Virus record (IMG/VR): IMGVR_UViG_3300021085_000037
Span: 1-57,145 of that record
From: a virus
Lineage: Duplodnaviria; Caudoviricetes
Length of the DNA: 57,145 nucleotides
Reading direction: 5' to 3' (one strand)
Part shown: positions 46,602 through 54,713 of the stretch, piece after piece
Numbering within the stretch: the first letter of the stretch is position 1
Layout: each line of letters starts with the position of its first letter
Translations under genes and position numbers: made by a program
The notes under the pieces: model-generated
The model's database searches: none
The model's input: only the letters and a program-made list of their open reading frames with translations
Told to the model about the DNA's origin: nothing

Positions 46602-48686
46602 TTATTTTACAACTGCAATAGTGTAATTTAATGCATTAGCAGCAACCGCTGTAGATACTGCAATAGTTACAGTGTTTACACTTGGTCTTGTTACTCTTGC
46701 ATAAACAGTGTCATAATTTCCACTATTTAAATATACTCCTACTTGTACAGCTCTTGTATTGAATCCATGAGTAATAGTCCATGTAGCAGCACCACCAATA
46801 GTTCCAGATTTCTGGAAAGCAGTACCCACACATGTTTCAACTTCATCACAGAAGTTAGTTACTTGAGAAGCGGCTATCTGAATGTTTTGTTCAGCAAGAG
46901 ATGAAACTCTACCCTTAGCATCAGTTGTTACCGTAAGTGATTTAGCAGCTCCACCTTTAGTTGAAGCAGTACCTACCGCTGGTAAGCTAACAGCACCAGA
47001 TGAAACACTAAGTCCACCAGCTGTTGGGAAGTTTGCAATACCTAATACTGTAGCTGTTGCAACATCAATATTTTTGTTAATCTCTGTCCAGTCAGCTGCT
47101 GATGTAGGATTATCTTGATTAGCAATAATCAAATCACCAACTTCTAATTTAGGACTCCAGAATCCAGCTGGATTACCTGTACCAGCTACAGTAACTGCGT
47201 AAGTAAATCCTTTCTTGATTGAAGTTCCTGTTGGTGCAGCAGTTGTTGCATCATAACCACCTTGATAAATCAAAGCTCCTGATCCAGCAAATGTTGTATC
47301 TACATAGTTCTTTGTAGCTGCATCTTGAGCAGCAGTAGGATCTACAACATTAGTAACCTTGTTAGTTCCTATTGAAAGATTTGCAGTAGGAACCGCAAAA
47401 TTACTTAACGAAATGTCTGTAGATTTTATTTTTCTATTTAAATTACCATCAGCTACCGCAAAATGATCGGCAGCCTTAGTCCATGTAGTTGTAGCATTAA
47501 GACCATCTATATCTAAGTTTATATCTACAATATCACCAGCAACTCCTCTTGTTAAGATTCCATCTCCACCAGAAATAGTTAATGTATTACCATCTGAAAT
47601 AGTTTGATTAGCTCCAGAGTCACCAGCAACTATAAAATCATCCATTGTTCCTGGAGCACTACCAGCTGTAATAGCTGTAATGTGACCAGTTGCATTATAT
47701 GTAATAGAAGCTGGGTAAGCACTTGTACCAGCTGTTACACCTGATGCATCGTGAGTAATAGTAATTGTATCTACAGAAGAACCCGTTGTGCTTATTGGGC
47801 CAGTACCTAATATAGAAACAGTATTACCATCTGTAATAGATAATGATGTAGCAGAGTTGTCACCTTTAAGATTCCATGATGACATTGTACCAGCACCACC
47901 AGTTGATGCCGCTGTTATTCTACCATATGTATCTACTGTAATGTTAGCTGAAGTATAAGATCCAGCTGAAACTCCAGAAACTGGAAGTGTTACATCAAGA
48001 GTACCAGTTGTAGATGCGTCTAATTTAACAGTAGAATTAGTACTTAAAAATTCTACAGTATTACCAGAAGATACAGTAAAAGTATTTGAACCATCACTAA
48101 CATCCCAACCACTATATCCAGATGGAACACTTGCCCAAGTACCATCTTGTCTTAAGAACTGACCAGCACTACCACCAGTTAAATTAAGTGTAAGTGTGCC
48201 TCCAGATCCAGTAAGTGGAGAAGATCCAACAACGAAAGCAGCAATATTAGTAGTAAGTCCAACGCTTGTAATACCTGAGTTATTAGTAAATGGTAAATCA
48301 CTAACATTACCAAAGTTTACAACTGAAGATCCATCACTATATATGATGTCCGCAGTTGTTGGTATAGCTGTACCTTGTGCGTCTGTTGCTTTAAGAACAA
48401 TATTATTAGATGTAGCATATTGGATATTAACCGTTGCAGCTCCACTTGCTGTAGTAACTGTAATACCATTTCCAGATAATACACTTGAAATTGCTCCTTG
48501 TCCATCTAATTCTACCCAAGCTGAATTTACATCATCGTAGTACTTAATAGTACCAGCATTTGAATCATAAACTATTTGACCACCACCAAGAGGTGTCCCT
48601 GTAGGAGTACCCGCTGAATTTTGGAGTAAAACTTTAGTAATCTCATTACCACTAAAATCAATTCCATCTAAAAACTTTATTGCCAT
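46602..48686 (-). CDS. Tail fibre protein (694 aa)
   Basis: SYTSANITVDTYGRITAAS and DPTAAQDAATKNYVD fibre motifs. Confidence 0.7.
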   Translation of the reverse strand: MAIKFLDGIDFSGNEITKVLLQNSAGTPTGTPLGGGQIVYDSNAGTIKYYDDVNSAWVELDGQGAISSVLSGNGITVTTASGAATVNIQYATSNNIVLKATDAQGTAIPTTADIIYSDGSSVVNFGNVSDLPFTNNSGITSVGLTTNIAAFVVGSSPLTGSGGTLTLNLTGGSAGQFLRQDGTWASVPSGYSGWDVSDGSNTFTVSSGNTVEFLSTNSTVKLDASTTGTLDVTLPVSGVSAGSYTSANITVDTYGRITAASTGGAGTMSSWNLKGDNSATSLSITDGNTVSILGTGPISTTGSSVDTITITHDASGVTAGTSAYPASITYNATGHITAITAGSAPGTMDDFIVAGDSGANQTISDGNTLTISGGDGILTRGVAGDIVDINLDIDGLNATTTWTKAADHFAVADGNLNRKIKSTDISLSNFAVPTANLSIGTNKVTNVVDPTAAQDAATKNYVDTTFAGSGALIYQGGYDATTAAPTGTSIKKGFTYAVTVAGTGNPAGFWSPKLEVGDLIIANQDNPTSAADWTEINKNIDVATATVLGIANFPTAGGLSVSSGAVSLPAVGTASTKGGAAKSLTVTTDAKGRVSSLAEQNIQIAASQVTNFCDEVETCVGTAFQKSGTIGGAATWTITHGFNTRAVQVGVYLNSGNYDTVYARVTRPSVNTVTIAVSTAVAANALNYTIAVVK

Positions 48687-48700
48687 TTTCTTTTTTTTTA

Positions 48701-49435
48701 TTAATTACAGAATGCTCTACCTGAAAAAGCTGCTGTAAATGTTACTGTTAATTTATTTTTATCTATATAATCTACCTTCCCGTATACCTGTTCATCAAAT
48801 GAGTCCACAACACTTACTGAAGGGTACTTATTTAAATTATGTGTTATAACCCATACTGGTTGAGGTATTCCTTGTGTAAAAACAAAAGTTTTATCGCCAC
48901 CAGTTTGTGTAGGATTCCAACTTAGCAAAGATATAAAATATTCTTCACCCGCTTTTAGGTCTCCTTGAGAAGCTAAATGAGTTAAAGTAATATCATGAAA
49001 TTCATTTTGAGCAATATTAGGAACAGCATTGCTCCATAAGTATACACCAAATTTACTTATATCTTTTGTGTTAGAAATAAAAACACGAGAGTCTATTAGT
49101 TGAGTATAAAAAGAAGAAATATCTACAGGGTTTCCACCTTGTGCTAAATACTTTAATGAGTAATCACTAAGCATAAATTGTAGATTGGCATTTAAAGAAA
49201 CAGTCATACCTTGATTCGGATTAAAAGAAATAGTTCCTTTCTCTCTTACTTGATTAGGTTGTACAAATTGAAACTTATATCTAAGTGTCTGTGAGTCTAC
49301 AGCAGAAGTTAAATTAATAAATTCAATTACTTCGTCTACAGAAAAATTCTTAGTTAGTTCAGTACCCTGTTGAGTACCAATCCACTTATCACCAAGTTTT
49401 ACTTTTGATACTATAGGATATGTTTCAATTCTCAT
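48701..49435 (-). CDS. Tail fibre anchor/adaptor-like protein (244 aa)
   Basis: RI.TYP..D..IGT..TKNF N-terminus; C-terminal WVITHNLNKYPSVSVVD domain. Confidence 0.55.
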   Translation of the reverse strand: MRIETYPIVSKVKLGDKWIGTQQGTELTKNFSVDEVIEFINLTSAVDSQTLRYKFQFVQPNQVREKGTISFNPNQGMTVSLNANLQFMLSDYSLKYLAQGGNPVDISSFYTQLIDSRVFISNTKDISKFGVYLWSNAVPNIAQNEFHDITLTHLASQGDLKAGEEYFISLLSWNPTQTGGDKTFVFTQGIPQPVWVITHNLNKYPSVSVVDSFDEQVYGKVDYIDKNKLTVTFTAAFSGRAFCN

Positions 49436-49441
49436 GCTACT

Positions 49442-49690
49442 CTATTTCTTTTCTGTTACGACTTCTTTATCTTTGATCGCTCCTGTTTCTAAGTTAATCA
49501 CCGCATCTTTTCCGTACTTGTCTGTTAGACTTGACTCAAGTGCTTGAAACTCTCCCTTAATCCTTTCTACCTTTAAACACAATCCATGTTTTTGTAAAGT
49601 TAAATCTCCCAATTGAGACTTAGCATTATTAAAATCTTTGTTTAATGTTTGAAGTTGAGAAAGCTCTTGTTCAGTTAATTTCTTTTCCAT
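49442..49690 (-). CDS. Small coiled-coil protein, paralog of 45253-45516
   Basis: KKLTEQEL..KYGKDAVINLETG.I. Confidence 0.65.
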   Translation of the reverse strand: MEKKLTEQELSQLQTLNKDFNNAKSQLGDLTLQKHGLCLKVERIKGEFQALESSLTDKYGKDAVINLETGAIKDKEVVTEKK

Positions 49691-49743
49691 TATAATATAT
49701 TTAATTATTTAGGACAAAGATAATAAAAGTTATCGAATGAGTT

Positions 49744-49878
49744 TTACTTTCCTTGACCTCGATACTTCTTAGAATAATTTTTGCTTGTTTTAAGAGTACT
49801 GCTTTTAGATTTGCTATGTACTCCAGGTCTTTTCTTTTTAGATGTAGACCTATAAACAAATGCTACTGACTTAGCCAT
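49744..49878 (-). CDS. Small very basic protein (44 aa, not in ORF track)
   Basis: Hand translation MAKSVAFVYRSTSKKKRPGVHSKSKSSTLKTSKNYSKKYRGQGK*; starts 1 nt after the holin stop. Confidence 0.7.
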   Translation of the reverse strand: MAKSVAFVYRSTSKKKRPGVHSKSKSSTLKTSKNYSKKYRGQGK

Positions 49879-49879
49879 T

Positions 49880-50272
49880 TTATTTTTTTATTTTTTCAAA
49901 AGTTCTTCCACCAAAATAAGAACCTATTACAACCATAAGTATAACTTCTAAAAGAGAAGTCCATTTTTCTTCTACATTAAATGAAATCGTACCAGCATCT
50001 ATAAAGATCATAAGAACTGTACACACAACAAGAAATATTAAAACCATAGGTCTTACATTCTTGCTGAGCCACGAATCGGATTTCATGTCTTGTCTCCATC
50101 GTTCAGTTACGTTTCTTTGCATCTCTGCTTCAGCTTCGATAAATAGTTTTTGCATTTCCATTTCAAAGGCTGCTTTTTCTTCCTTTGTTTGAATAAACTT
50201 ATCTGCAATGTTAGCTACTTTACCAGCTACATCTAATGCACCCTTACCAAATATTTTAGTCCATATACTCAT
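49880..50272 (-). CDS. Holin (3TM/GTA-like family)
   Basis: D.F..T.EEK, RW..DM.SDSWLSKNVRP, hydrophobic helices and YFGGR.EK; close to the endolysin. Confidence 0.75.
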   Translation of the reverse strand: MSIWTKIFGKGALDVAGKVANIADKFIQTKEEKAAFEMEMQKLFIEAEAEMQRNVTERWRQDMKSDSWLSKNVRPMVLIFLVVCTVLMIFIDAGTISFNVEEKWTSLLEVILMVVIGSYFGGRTFEKIKK

Positions 50273-50526
50273 TATCTTCTTGATTTTTTACCAACACATT
50301 TCCATCTTTTGCGAGATAAGTTATTAGCAGTATTAGGATCATTTCTTTTTCCAATAGGTAATCCCATTTTGATTCCATAGCTTCTTGCACAATATGCATC
50401 ACCCTTAGAAGTACCAGGCTTTACTCTTGGGCCTCCACCTTTAGCTTTACCAGCCTGACCATAACTAACCTTCTTTCCAGAAGAAGTTATTTTTACTCTT
50501 GCCTTTCCTTTACTTGGTTTTGCCAT
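50272..50526 (-). CDS. Small basic conserved phage protein
   Basis: KKVSYGQ, KGDAYCARS and LSRKRWKC motifs. Confidence 0.7.
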   Translation of the reverse strand: MAKPSKGKARVKITSSGKKVSYGQAGKAKGGGPRVKPGTSKGDAYCARSYGIKMGLPIGKRNDPNTANNLSRKRWKCVGKKSRR

Positions 50527-50678
50527 TATCTTTTCTTAGGTAATGATTTAATCTTTCCGTTTTCTGTTCTTGCGTATCTGTGAGTTTTGGTTTCTTTACT
50601 TGCTATTAGTGTACCACAGTATTTTCCTTTACCGTACTCCCAGCATACTTTTTTTCCTGTTCTTCCTTTCTTTGCCAT
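50526..50678 (-). CDS. Small basic protein (50 aa, not in ORF track)
   Basis: Hand translation MAKKGRTGKKVCWEYGKGKYCGTLIASKETKTHRYARTENGKIKSLPKKR*; exactly fills the gap with TAATG coupling. Confidence 0.7.
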   Translation of the reverse strand: MAKKGRTGKKVCWEYGKGKYCGTLIASKETKTHRYARTENGKIKSLPKKR

Positions 50679-50679
50679 A

Positions 50680-51045
50680 TTAATATAACCATATTGCGTT
50701 AGGCTTAGATGAGTCGTTGTCTACATGAACAAAAGATTTTGAAATCCCAAGTCTTGTAAAACCAACATTTATTAAAGCCTTAACTATTATTAATCTATCT
50801 GCTGAATTGTTACACCTAATATCAGCGGCACATCCTTTCATGTGCGAACTGTTCATACTTGCTTTGTAACCTCTGTTACGCAAGTCTTGATTGTGCTTTT
50901 GAGTTCTATATCCCGAAGTTACTTTGAACGGTATTCCCGCTTCTTCTCTTGCGTGATCTAATAAGTCTAAAAAATCCGCTCTCATGTTTTTACCTGATCC
51001 TGGTTCATCAGGGGAATCAAATTCCTGATAGGTAAAATATTGCAT
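50680..51045 (-). CDS. Peptidase M15-family endolysin
   Basis: YF...EF, TSGYR...HN, SSHMKG.AAD and FVHVD zinc motifs. Confidence 0.85.
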   Translation of the reverse strand: MQYFTYQEFDSPDEPGSGKNMRADFLDLLDHAREEAGIPFKVTSGYRTQKHNQDLRNRGYKASMNSSHMKGCAADIRCNNSADRLIIVKALINVGFTRLGISKSFVHVDNDSSKPNAIWLY

Positions 51046-51047
51046 GA

Positions 51048-51206
51048 TTACTTTTTAGATTTTTGTATAAACTTATAAATTGTGAATGCTATAGCAAGTG
51101 AAAGAGAGATAAACTGTAGCATCTCATTGCACTGCGTTAATGTAAGGCCTAATGCACCACCATTGGCAGCAACTACTTCTACTGTATCTTTCAATTCTTT
51201 AGTCAT
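51048..51206 (-). CDS. Small membrane protein (lysis-associated?)
   Basis: Likely start MTKE at 51206; C-terminal hydrophobic helix followed by KK. Confidence 0.55.
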   Translation of the reverse strand: MTKELKDTVEVVAANGGALGLTLTQCNEMLQFISLSLAIAFTIYKFIQKSKK

Positions 51207-51279
51207 TTTTAAAGGATAAGGTTGATGATTGAACATATATCATTTCTCCGCTCCAAGTGTTAGTCTGTGTCCATTTCAT
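51199..51279 (-). CDS. Possible 26-aa micro-ORF
   Basis: MKWTQTNTWSGEMIYVQSSTLSFKND*; ATG 5 nt after a TATCTTTG element; stop overlaps the next start. Confidence 0.35.
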   Translation of the reverse strand: MKWTQTNTWSGEMIYVQSSTLSFKND

Positions 51280-51303
51280 AATTGCAAAGATATAATTATT
51301 TTA

Positions 51304-51540
51304 TTATACTTTTCTGCTTGGGTTCAGAGCTTTGGTTGCGTCTCTAACTCCCTTGCTTTTCTTGTGTAAATCTGTGTGAGCCTTAACTACAGTCTTAACT
51401 ATATTATAAGCTGACTTAGCTGGATTAGGAGGACTACCAGCAAATTTTTTCTTTTTCTCTTCCTCAGTTAATCTTCGTAAATTTTTATTAGTATTACGAT
51501 GATTTTTATTTGTCTTATTATTTCCGCTTGGATTAGGCAT
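51304..51540 (-). CDS. Small basic hypothetical protein
   Basis: K/N-rich 78-aa ORF. Confidence 0.55.
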   Translation of the reverse strand: MPNPSGNNKTNKNHRNTNKNLRRLTEEEKKKKFAGSPPNPAKSAYNIVKTVVKAHTDLHKKSKGVRDATKALNPSRKV

Positions 51541-51550
51541 AACTATATAA

Positions 51551-52111
51551 TTACCAGAGTGCTATAATATTTTCAATTGTTGTTCTCGTTCTTCTCACCA
51601 TTATAACATTAATTGGGTGATAAGATCCTGGAATACAATTTTCAAAAATCATAGGGGTTAATCCATTAACATCATCAACTGTTGTCCAAGAATGATTCAT
51701 CTCTGCCATAACAACAGATAAATCCCCACCTTCTACTGGGTTGGTAGGCCCTTGTTGACCATCAAGAAATCCTCCAGTATATAAATTACATGCCTCTGCT
51801 GCTCTATTGTAAATCTGGAATACCGCACCAGCTGATCCATTTGGATAGTCTCCTTTAATTTCTAAAGTAGTATCATCAATAACCTTAATAACATTCCAAC
51901 ATTTTTTATCTGCTGGGCAATATATGATTGCACCGTTCTGAATACCCGCTGATAAGAATGTTGCTCCAGCTACAGTAACTTGGTTTACAGTAGTAAAATC
52001 TCCTGTCTCATTTGCGTATGCAAGTATTAATGAATTTGGATCTGGGATTCTTACTGTATCACTTTTAATAACCAATAGTGATTGTCCGTAATTTAACTTT
52101 TGATATGCCAT
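51551..52111 (-). CDS. Hypothetical protein, possibly virion-associated
   Basis: MAYQKL start, LYTGG..GDLSV..G...PI.V..V...T...IIALW end; beta-rich. Confidence 0.65.
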   Translation of the reverse strand: MAYQKLNYGQSLLVIKSDTVRIPDPNSLILAYANETGDFTTVNQVTVAGATFLSAGIQNGAIIYCPADKKCWNVIKVIDDTTLEIKGDYPNGSAGAVFQIYNRAAEACNLYTGGFLDGQQGPTNPVEGGDLSVVMAEMNHSWTTVDDVNGLTPMIFENCIPGSYHPINVIMVRRTRTTIENIIALW

Positions 52112-52115
52112 TTTT

Positions 52116-52283
52116 TTATTTGTTATATGGGAATGCTCGATTCAATGTATCTTTTCTTTTGCCACAACCGCAGTCTTTACCAGTAGCTTTTGCTACAGTA
52201 TCAACTACTTTCTTTATTCCAGTAGCAGTAGTAAACTTTTCTATTGAATCTCCTAATCCTTTTGATTGTTTAGTTCTTTTCAT
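52116..52283 (-). CDS. Small basic protein with CGC motif (55 aa, not in ORF track)
   Basis: Hand translation MKRTKQSKGLGDSIEKFTTATGIKKVVDTVAKATGKDCGCGKRKDTLNRAFPYNK*. Confidence 0.7.
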   Translation of the reverse strand: MKRTKQSKGLGDSIEKFTTATGIKKVVDTVAKATGKDCGCGKRKDTLNRAFPYNK

Positions 52284-52420
52284 TTTTTACAAGTACATAA
52301 TTTATTAGGGCATGACATTACATCAAACATCATCTTACCTACTAACCAGTTCCAACCGCATTGGAACTTGCACCATACTGACTGCATCCACAGTCCTATC
52401 TTTACTAATAATTTACCCAT
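52280..52420 (-). CDS. Small Cys/Trp-rich protein (46 aa, not in ORF track)
   Basis: Hand translation MGKLLVKIGLWMQSVWCKFQCGWNWLVGKMMFDVMSCPNKLCTCKK*; ATGA coupling with the next gene. Confidence 0.6.
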   Translation of the reverse strand: MGKLLVKIGLWMQSVWCKFQCGWNWLVGKMMFDVMSCPNKLCTCKK

Positions 52421-52423
52421 AGT

Positions 52424-52627
52424 TTATTTTGTTTTACATCCAAAGTTATTAGCATAGTTAGCCATCTTTACTACTTTACCAGAATACTTTTTTGTATTCT
52501 TCATTACAGCAGCAGCTCCACTACACGCATCTTTGAATCCATTATTCTTTGCCCACTTAGTAAAATCTCCTTCACGAGATTTTTTAATCTCAGGAAACTT
52601 TTCTTTTGTCTTTCCTTTGTAAGCCAT
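52424..52627 (-). CDS. Small basic protein
   Basis: IK....G.FT.WAK..G and KMANYANN; coupled to the upstream gene. Confidence 0.65.
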   Translation of the reverse strand: MAYKGKTKEKFPEIKKSREGDFTKWAKNNGFKDACSGAAAVMKNTKKYSGKVVKMANYANNFGCKTK

Positions 52628-52833
52628 TATTTTCTAATTCTTGCAGAGTTCTTTGCCTTTACATTATTGATACACTCATAAGACATATTGTGATCTCCAC
52701 CGTATGCATGACCGTATTCTTTTTTAGACATAGCTTTAGACTCATCTCTTCTGTCTTTCATAGACTGAGACTTCTTTCCGTTCTTAGCTCCTAATGACTC
52801 ATCAAGTCTTGAATTGTAACCTTGCTTTTTCAT
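52627..52833 (-). CDS. Small basic protein
   Basis: KKQGYN.RLDESLG..NGKKSQS.K.RRDESK.M. Confidence 0.65.
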   Translation of the reverse strand: MKKQGYNSRLDESLGAKNGKKSQSMKDRRDESKAMSKKEYGHAYGGDHNMSYECINNVKAKNSARIRK

Positions 52834-52835
52834 AA

Positions 52836-53231
52836 TTATTTTTTCTTTTTAATTTTATTACCACGTTTGTCTCTACCCATTTCCTTAAACCTTGGATCAT
52901 CATAGATATAAGTCTTTGTATTAGGATTTCCAAAACCTGATGCATTAGATTTTGGCTTTAAAGATTTTACATCACTTTGTAATTTATCTCTTTTTTCCTT
53001 GAGCTTAATATATTTTCTTGTATTACGAGCTGTTTTAGATAATCCTTTAGTCTTGTCGTAGTCAATCTTTTTCTTTCCAGAATCATGGTCAGCTTGTTTT
53101 TTATTTATTTTCTCATTGACCTTAGCAATCCTTTTAGTTTTTCTTTTTATTTTTCTTGCAGTTCTTTTTGCTTTACCATCAAACTCAGATTCTGATAATG
53201 GTTGTGATAGATTTCTTCTTATGGGTGCCAT
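52836..53231 (-). CDS. Very basic K/R-rich protein (131 aa)
   Basis: K/R-rich composition; own upstream TATCTTTG element. Confidence 0.65.
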   Translation of the reverse strand: MAPIRRNLSQPLSESEFDGKAKRTARKIKRKTKRIAKVNEKINKKQADHDSGKKKIDYDKTKGLSKTARNTRKYIKLKEKRDKLQSDVKSLKPKSNASGFGNPNTKTYIYDDPRFKEMGRDKRGNKIKKKK

Positions 53232-53274
53232 AATTTATTTTTTAATTCTTTACAAAGATAATAATATTTTAAGA

Positions 53275-53901
53275 CTAACCCCAGGTTTGATCCCAACGTC
53301 TTAGTCCCGCTCTTTCTAATGCTTTAGCTCTATTCTTTTTTCTACGAGCATTTCCTTTTTTATATCTACTGGTAGCTGATTCTTCACGTTTTTCTTGACG
53401 AGCATTTCTTTTGTTCATCTTACGATCTTCATCAACTGCTTTACGCTTAACCCTATCGGCTCTCTTTTCTGTTTTCTTAGCTATTCTTTCTGTTCTTCTA
53501 TTAGCTCTTTCAACAGCTTTCTTTTGTTTTCCAATTAACTTCTGACCTTCCTTTTCAGTAACACCTTTGTCAATTTTCTTTTGAATCTTTTCAACTTTCT
53601 TTTTAGCTTTACCTACAACTTTCTGAGATCTCTTTTCAGCATCACCATCCTTGATGTCTTGTATTCTTCCTCTCTTTCTTTTCTGCTCAATGTTCTCAAC
53701 CTTGATAGCATTTCTTACAGAAGTATTATTTCCTAACTTTTTGATTCTTCTTTTGTCAGCAGCAATTTGTTTAGCAGTTCTTCTTTTTCTAATCTTTGCT
53801 TTTCTCTTAGCAATCTTTGCATCTCTAACAGGATCTAAACTTGAAGGTCTTTTAAGTTTAACTTTCTTAACGCTACCCCTTGGGTTGTTTTTAGTTGGCA
53901 T
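53275..53901 (-). CDS. Very basic K/R-rich helical protein
   Basis: Likely start MPTKNN at 53901, because the longer ORF start overlaps the TATCTTTG element at 53924-53931. Confidence 0.65.
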   Translation of the reverse strand: MPTKNNPRGSVKKVKLKRPSSLDPVRDAKIAKRKAKIRKRRTAKQIAADKRRIKKLGNNTSVRNAIKVENIEQKRKRGRIQDIKDGDAEKRSQKVVGKAKKKVEKIQKKIDKGVTEKEGQKLIGKQKKAVERANRRTERIAKKTEKRADRVKRKAVDEDRKMNKRNARQEKREESATSRYKKGNARRKKNRAKALERAGLRRWDQTWG

Positions 53902-53944
53902 AATTTTAGTACTTTTGTAATGACAAAGATACAAATTTAATTTA

Positions 53945-54415
53945 ATGCCTAATATAGTCCGTAAGAACTACGATAGAGTTCAACCATCTCATGATTACAT
54001 GAAGTATTGGAGGGTGATAAGGTACTGGGCCAAAGCCAAGTACGAGATCGGAACTCCTGATATAGATATGCTATTCTTTCTATATAGTGAACAGATCTTT
54101 AATAAAACAAAGTTTAAAGAGTTTGAAGAATGTATGTCATGGGATGAACCAAGATTCCATAGACTTCTAAAAGAAGGATGGATACATATCTGGAGAAAGA
54201 GAAAGGGTAAAGAAACAACCCTATATGAATTATCATATAAAGGAAAGAGACTTATCAATACATTATACAAGAAACTTAATGGAGAAGAAATAGGGGAGAA
54301 CCCAAGAGTTAATCCCCTATTTCGAAATGATGCATCTTATATGGATAAGATATATAGAAATATGATTATAGAAATGAACGAGTTTATAAAACAACAACGA
54401 CATCTCTCTCAGTAA
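53945..54415 (+). CDS. Putative winged-helix DNA-binding protein
   Basis: DIDMLFFLY..F.RLLKEGWI..LYELSYKGK resembles a wHTH wing; lone + strand gene in the late arm. Confidence 0.6.
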   Translation: MPNIVRKNYDRVQPSHDYMKYWRVIRYWAKAKYEIGTPDIDMLFFLYSEQIFNKTKFKEFEECMSWDEPRFHRLLKEGWIHIWRKRKGKETTLYELSYKGKRLINTLYKKLNGEEIGENPRVNPLFRNDASYMDKIYRNMIIEMNEFIKQQRHLSQ

Positions 54416-54641
54416 TAACCGTATAAGGGTTATCTTCGATTAACATCTCATGTCCAGCAGCCTTATCATAATAGATAAGATCTCCTTCATTAATAACATT
54501 AACATCTGTTCCAGGTTTAACAACTTGTCCTTTACGATATCTAAAATCAGATACGTCTTGTGCTGAAAGCAAAAGTCCAGACTCAGTTTTTAATTCCTCT
54601 TTGATTGTTTTAATTACGATGTACTTTCCTATCGGTTTCAT
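54384..54641 (-). CDS. groES: Co-chaperonin GroES (Cpn10)
   Basis: MKPIG..IVI, KTESGLLL mobile loop, GQVV..G, EGD.I.Y and ERDVVVVL. Confidence 0.9.
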   Translation of the reverse strand: MKPIGKYIVIKTIKEELKTESGLLLSAQDVSDFRYRKGQVVKPGTDVNVINEGDLIYYDKAAGHEMLIEDNPYTVITERDVVVVL

Positions 54642-54713
54642 ATTTTTTTAAATTAGATTCAATATTATTTTCTTGGTATTTAAATATCCACCTCCATATT
54701 CTACTTAACATCA

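Noticed and set aside
12671-48540. Many + strand ORFs antisense to the structural genes (e.g. 13778-14350, 34442-34774, 48196-48540)
   Set aside because: They are fully nested opposite long genes, have Ser/Leu/Phe-rich shadow composition and often non-ATG starts, so they are treated as artefacts.
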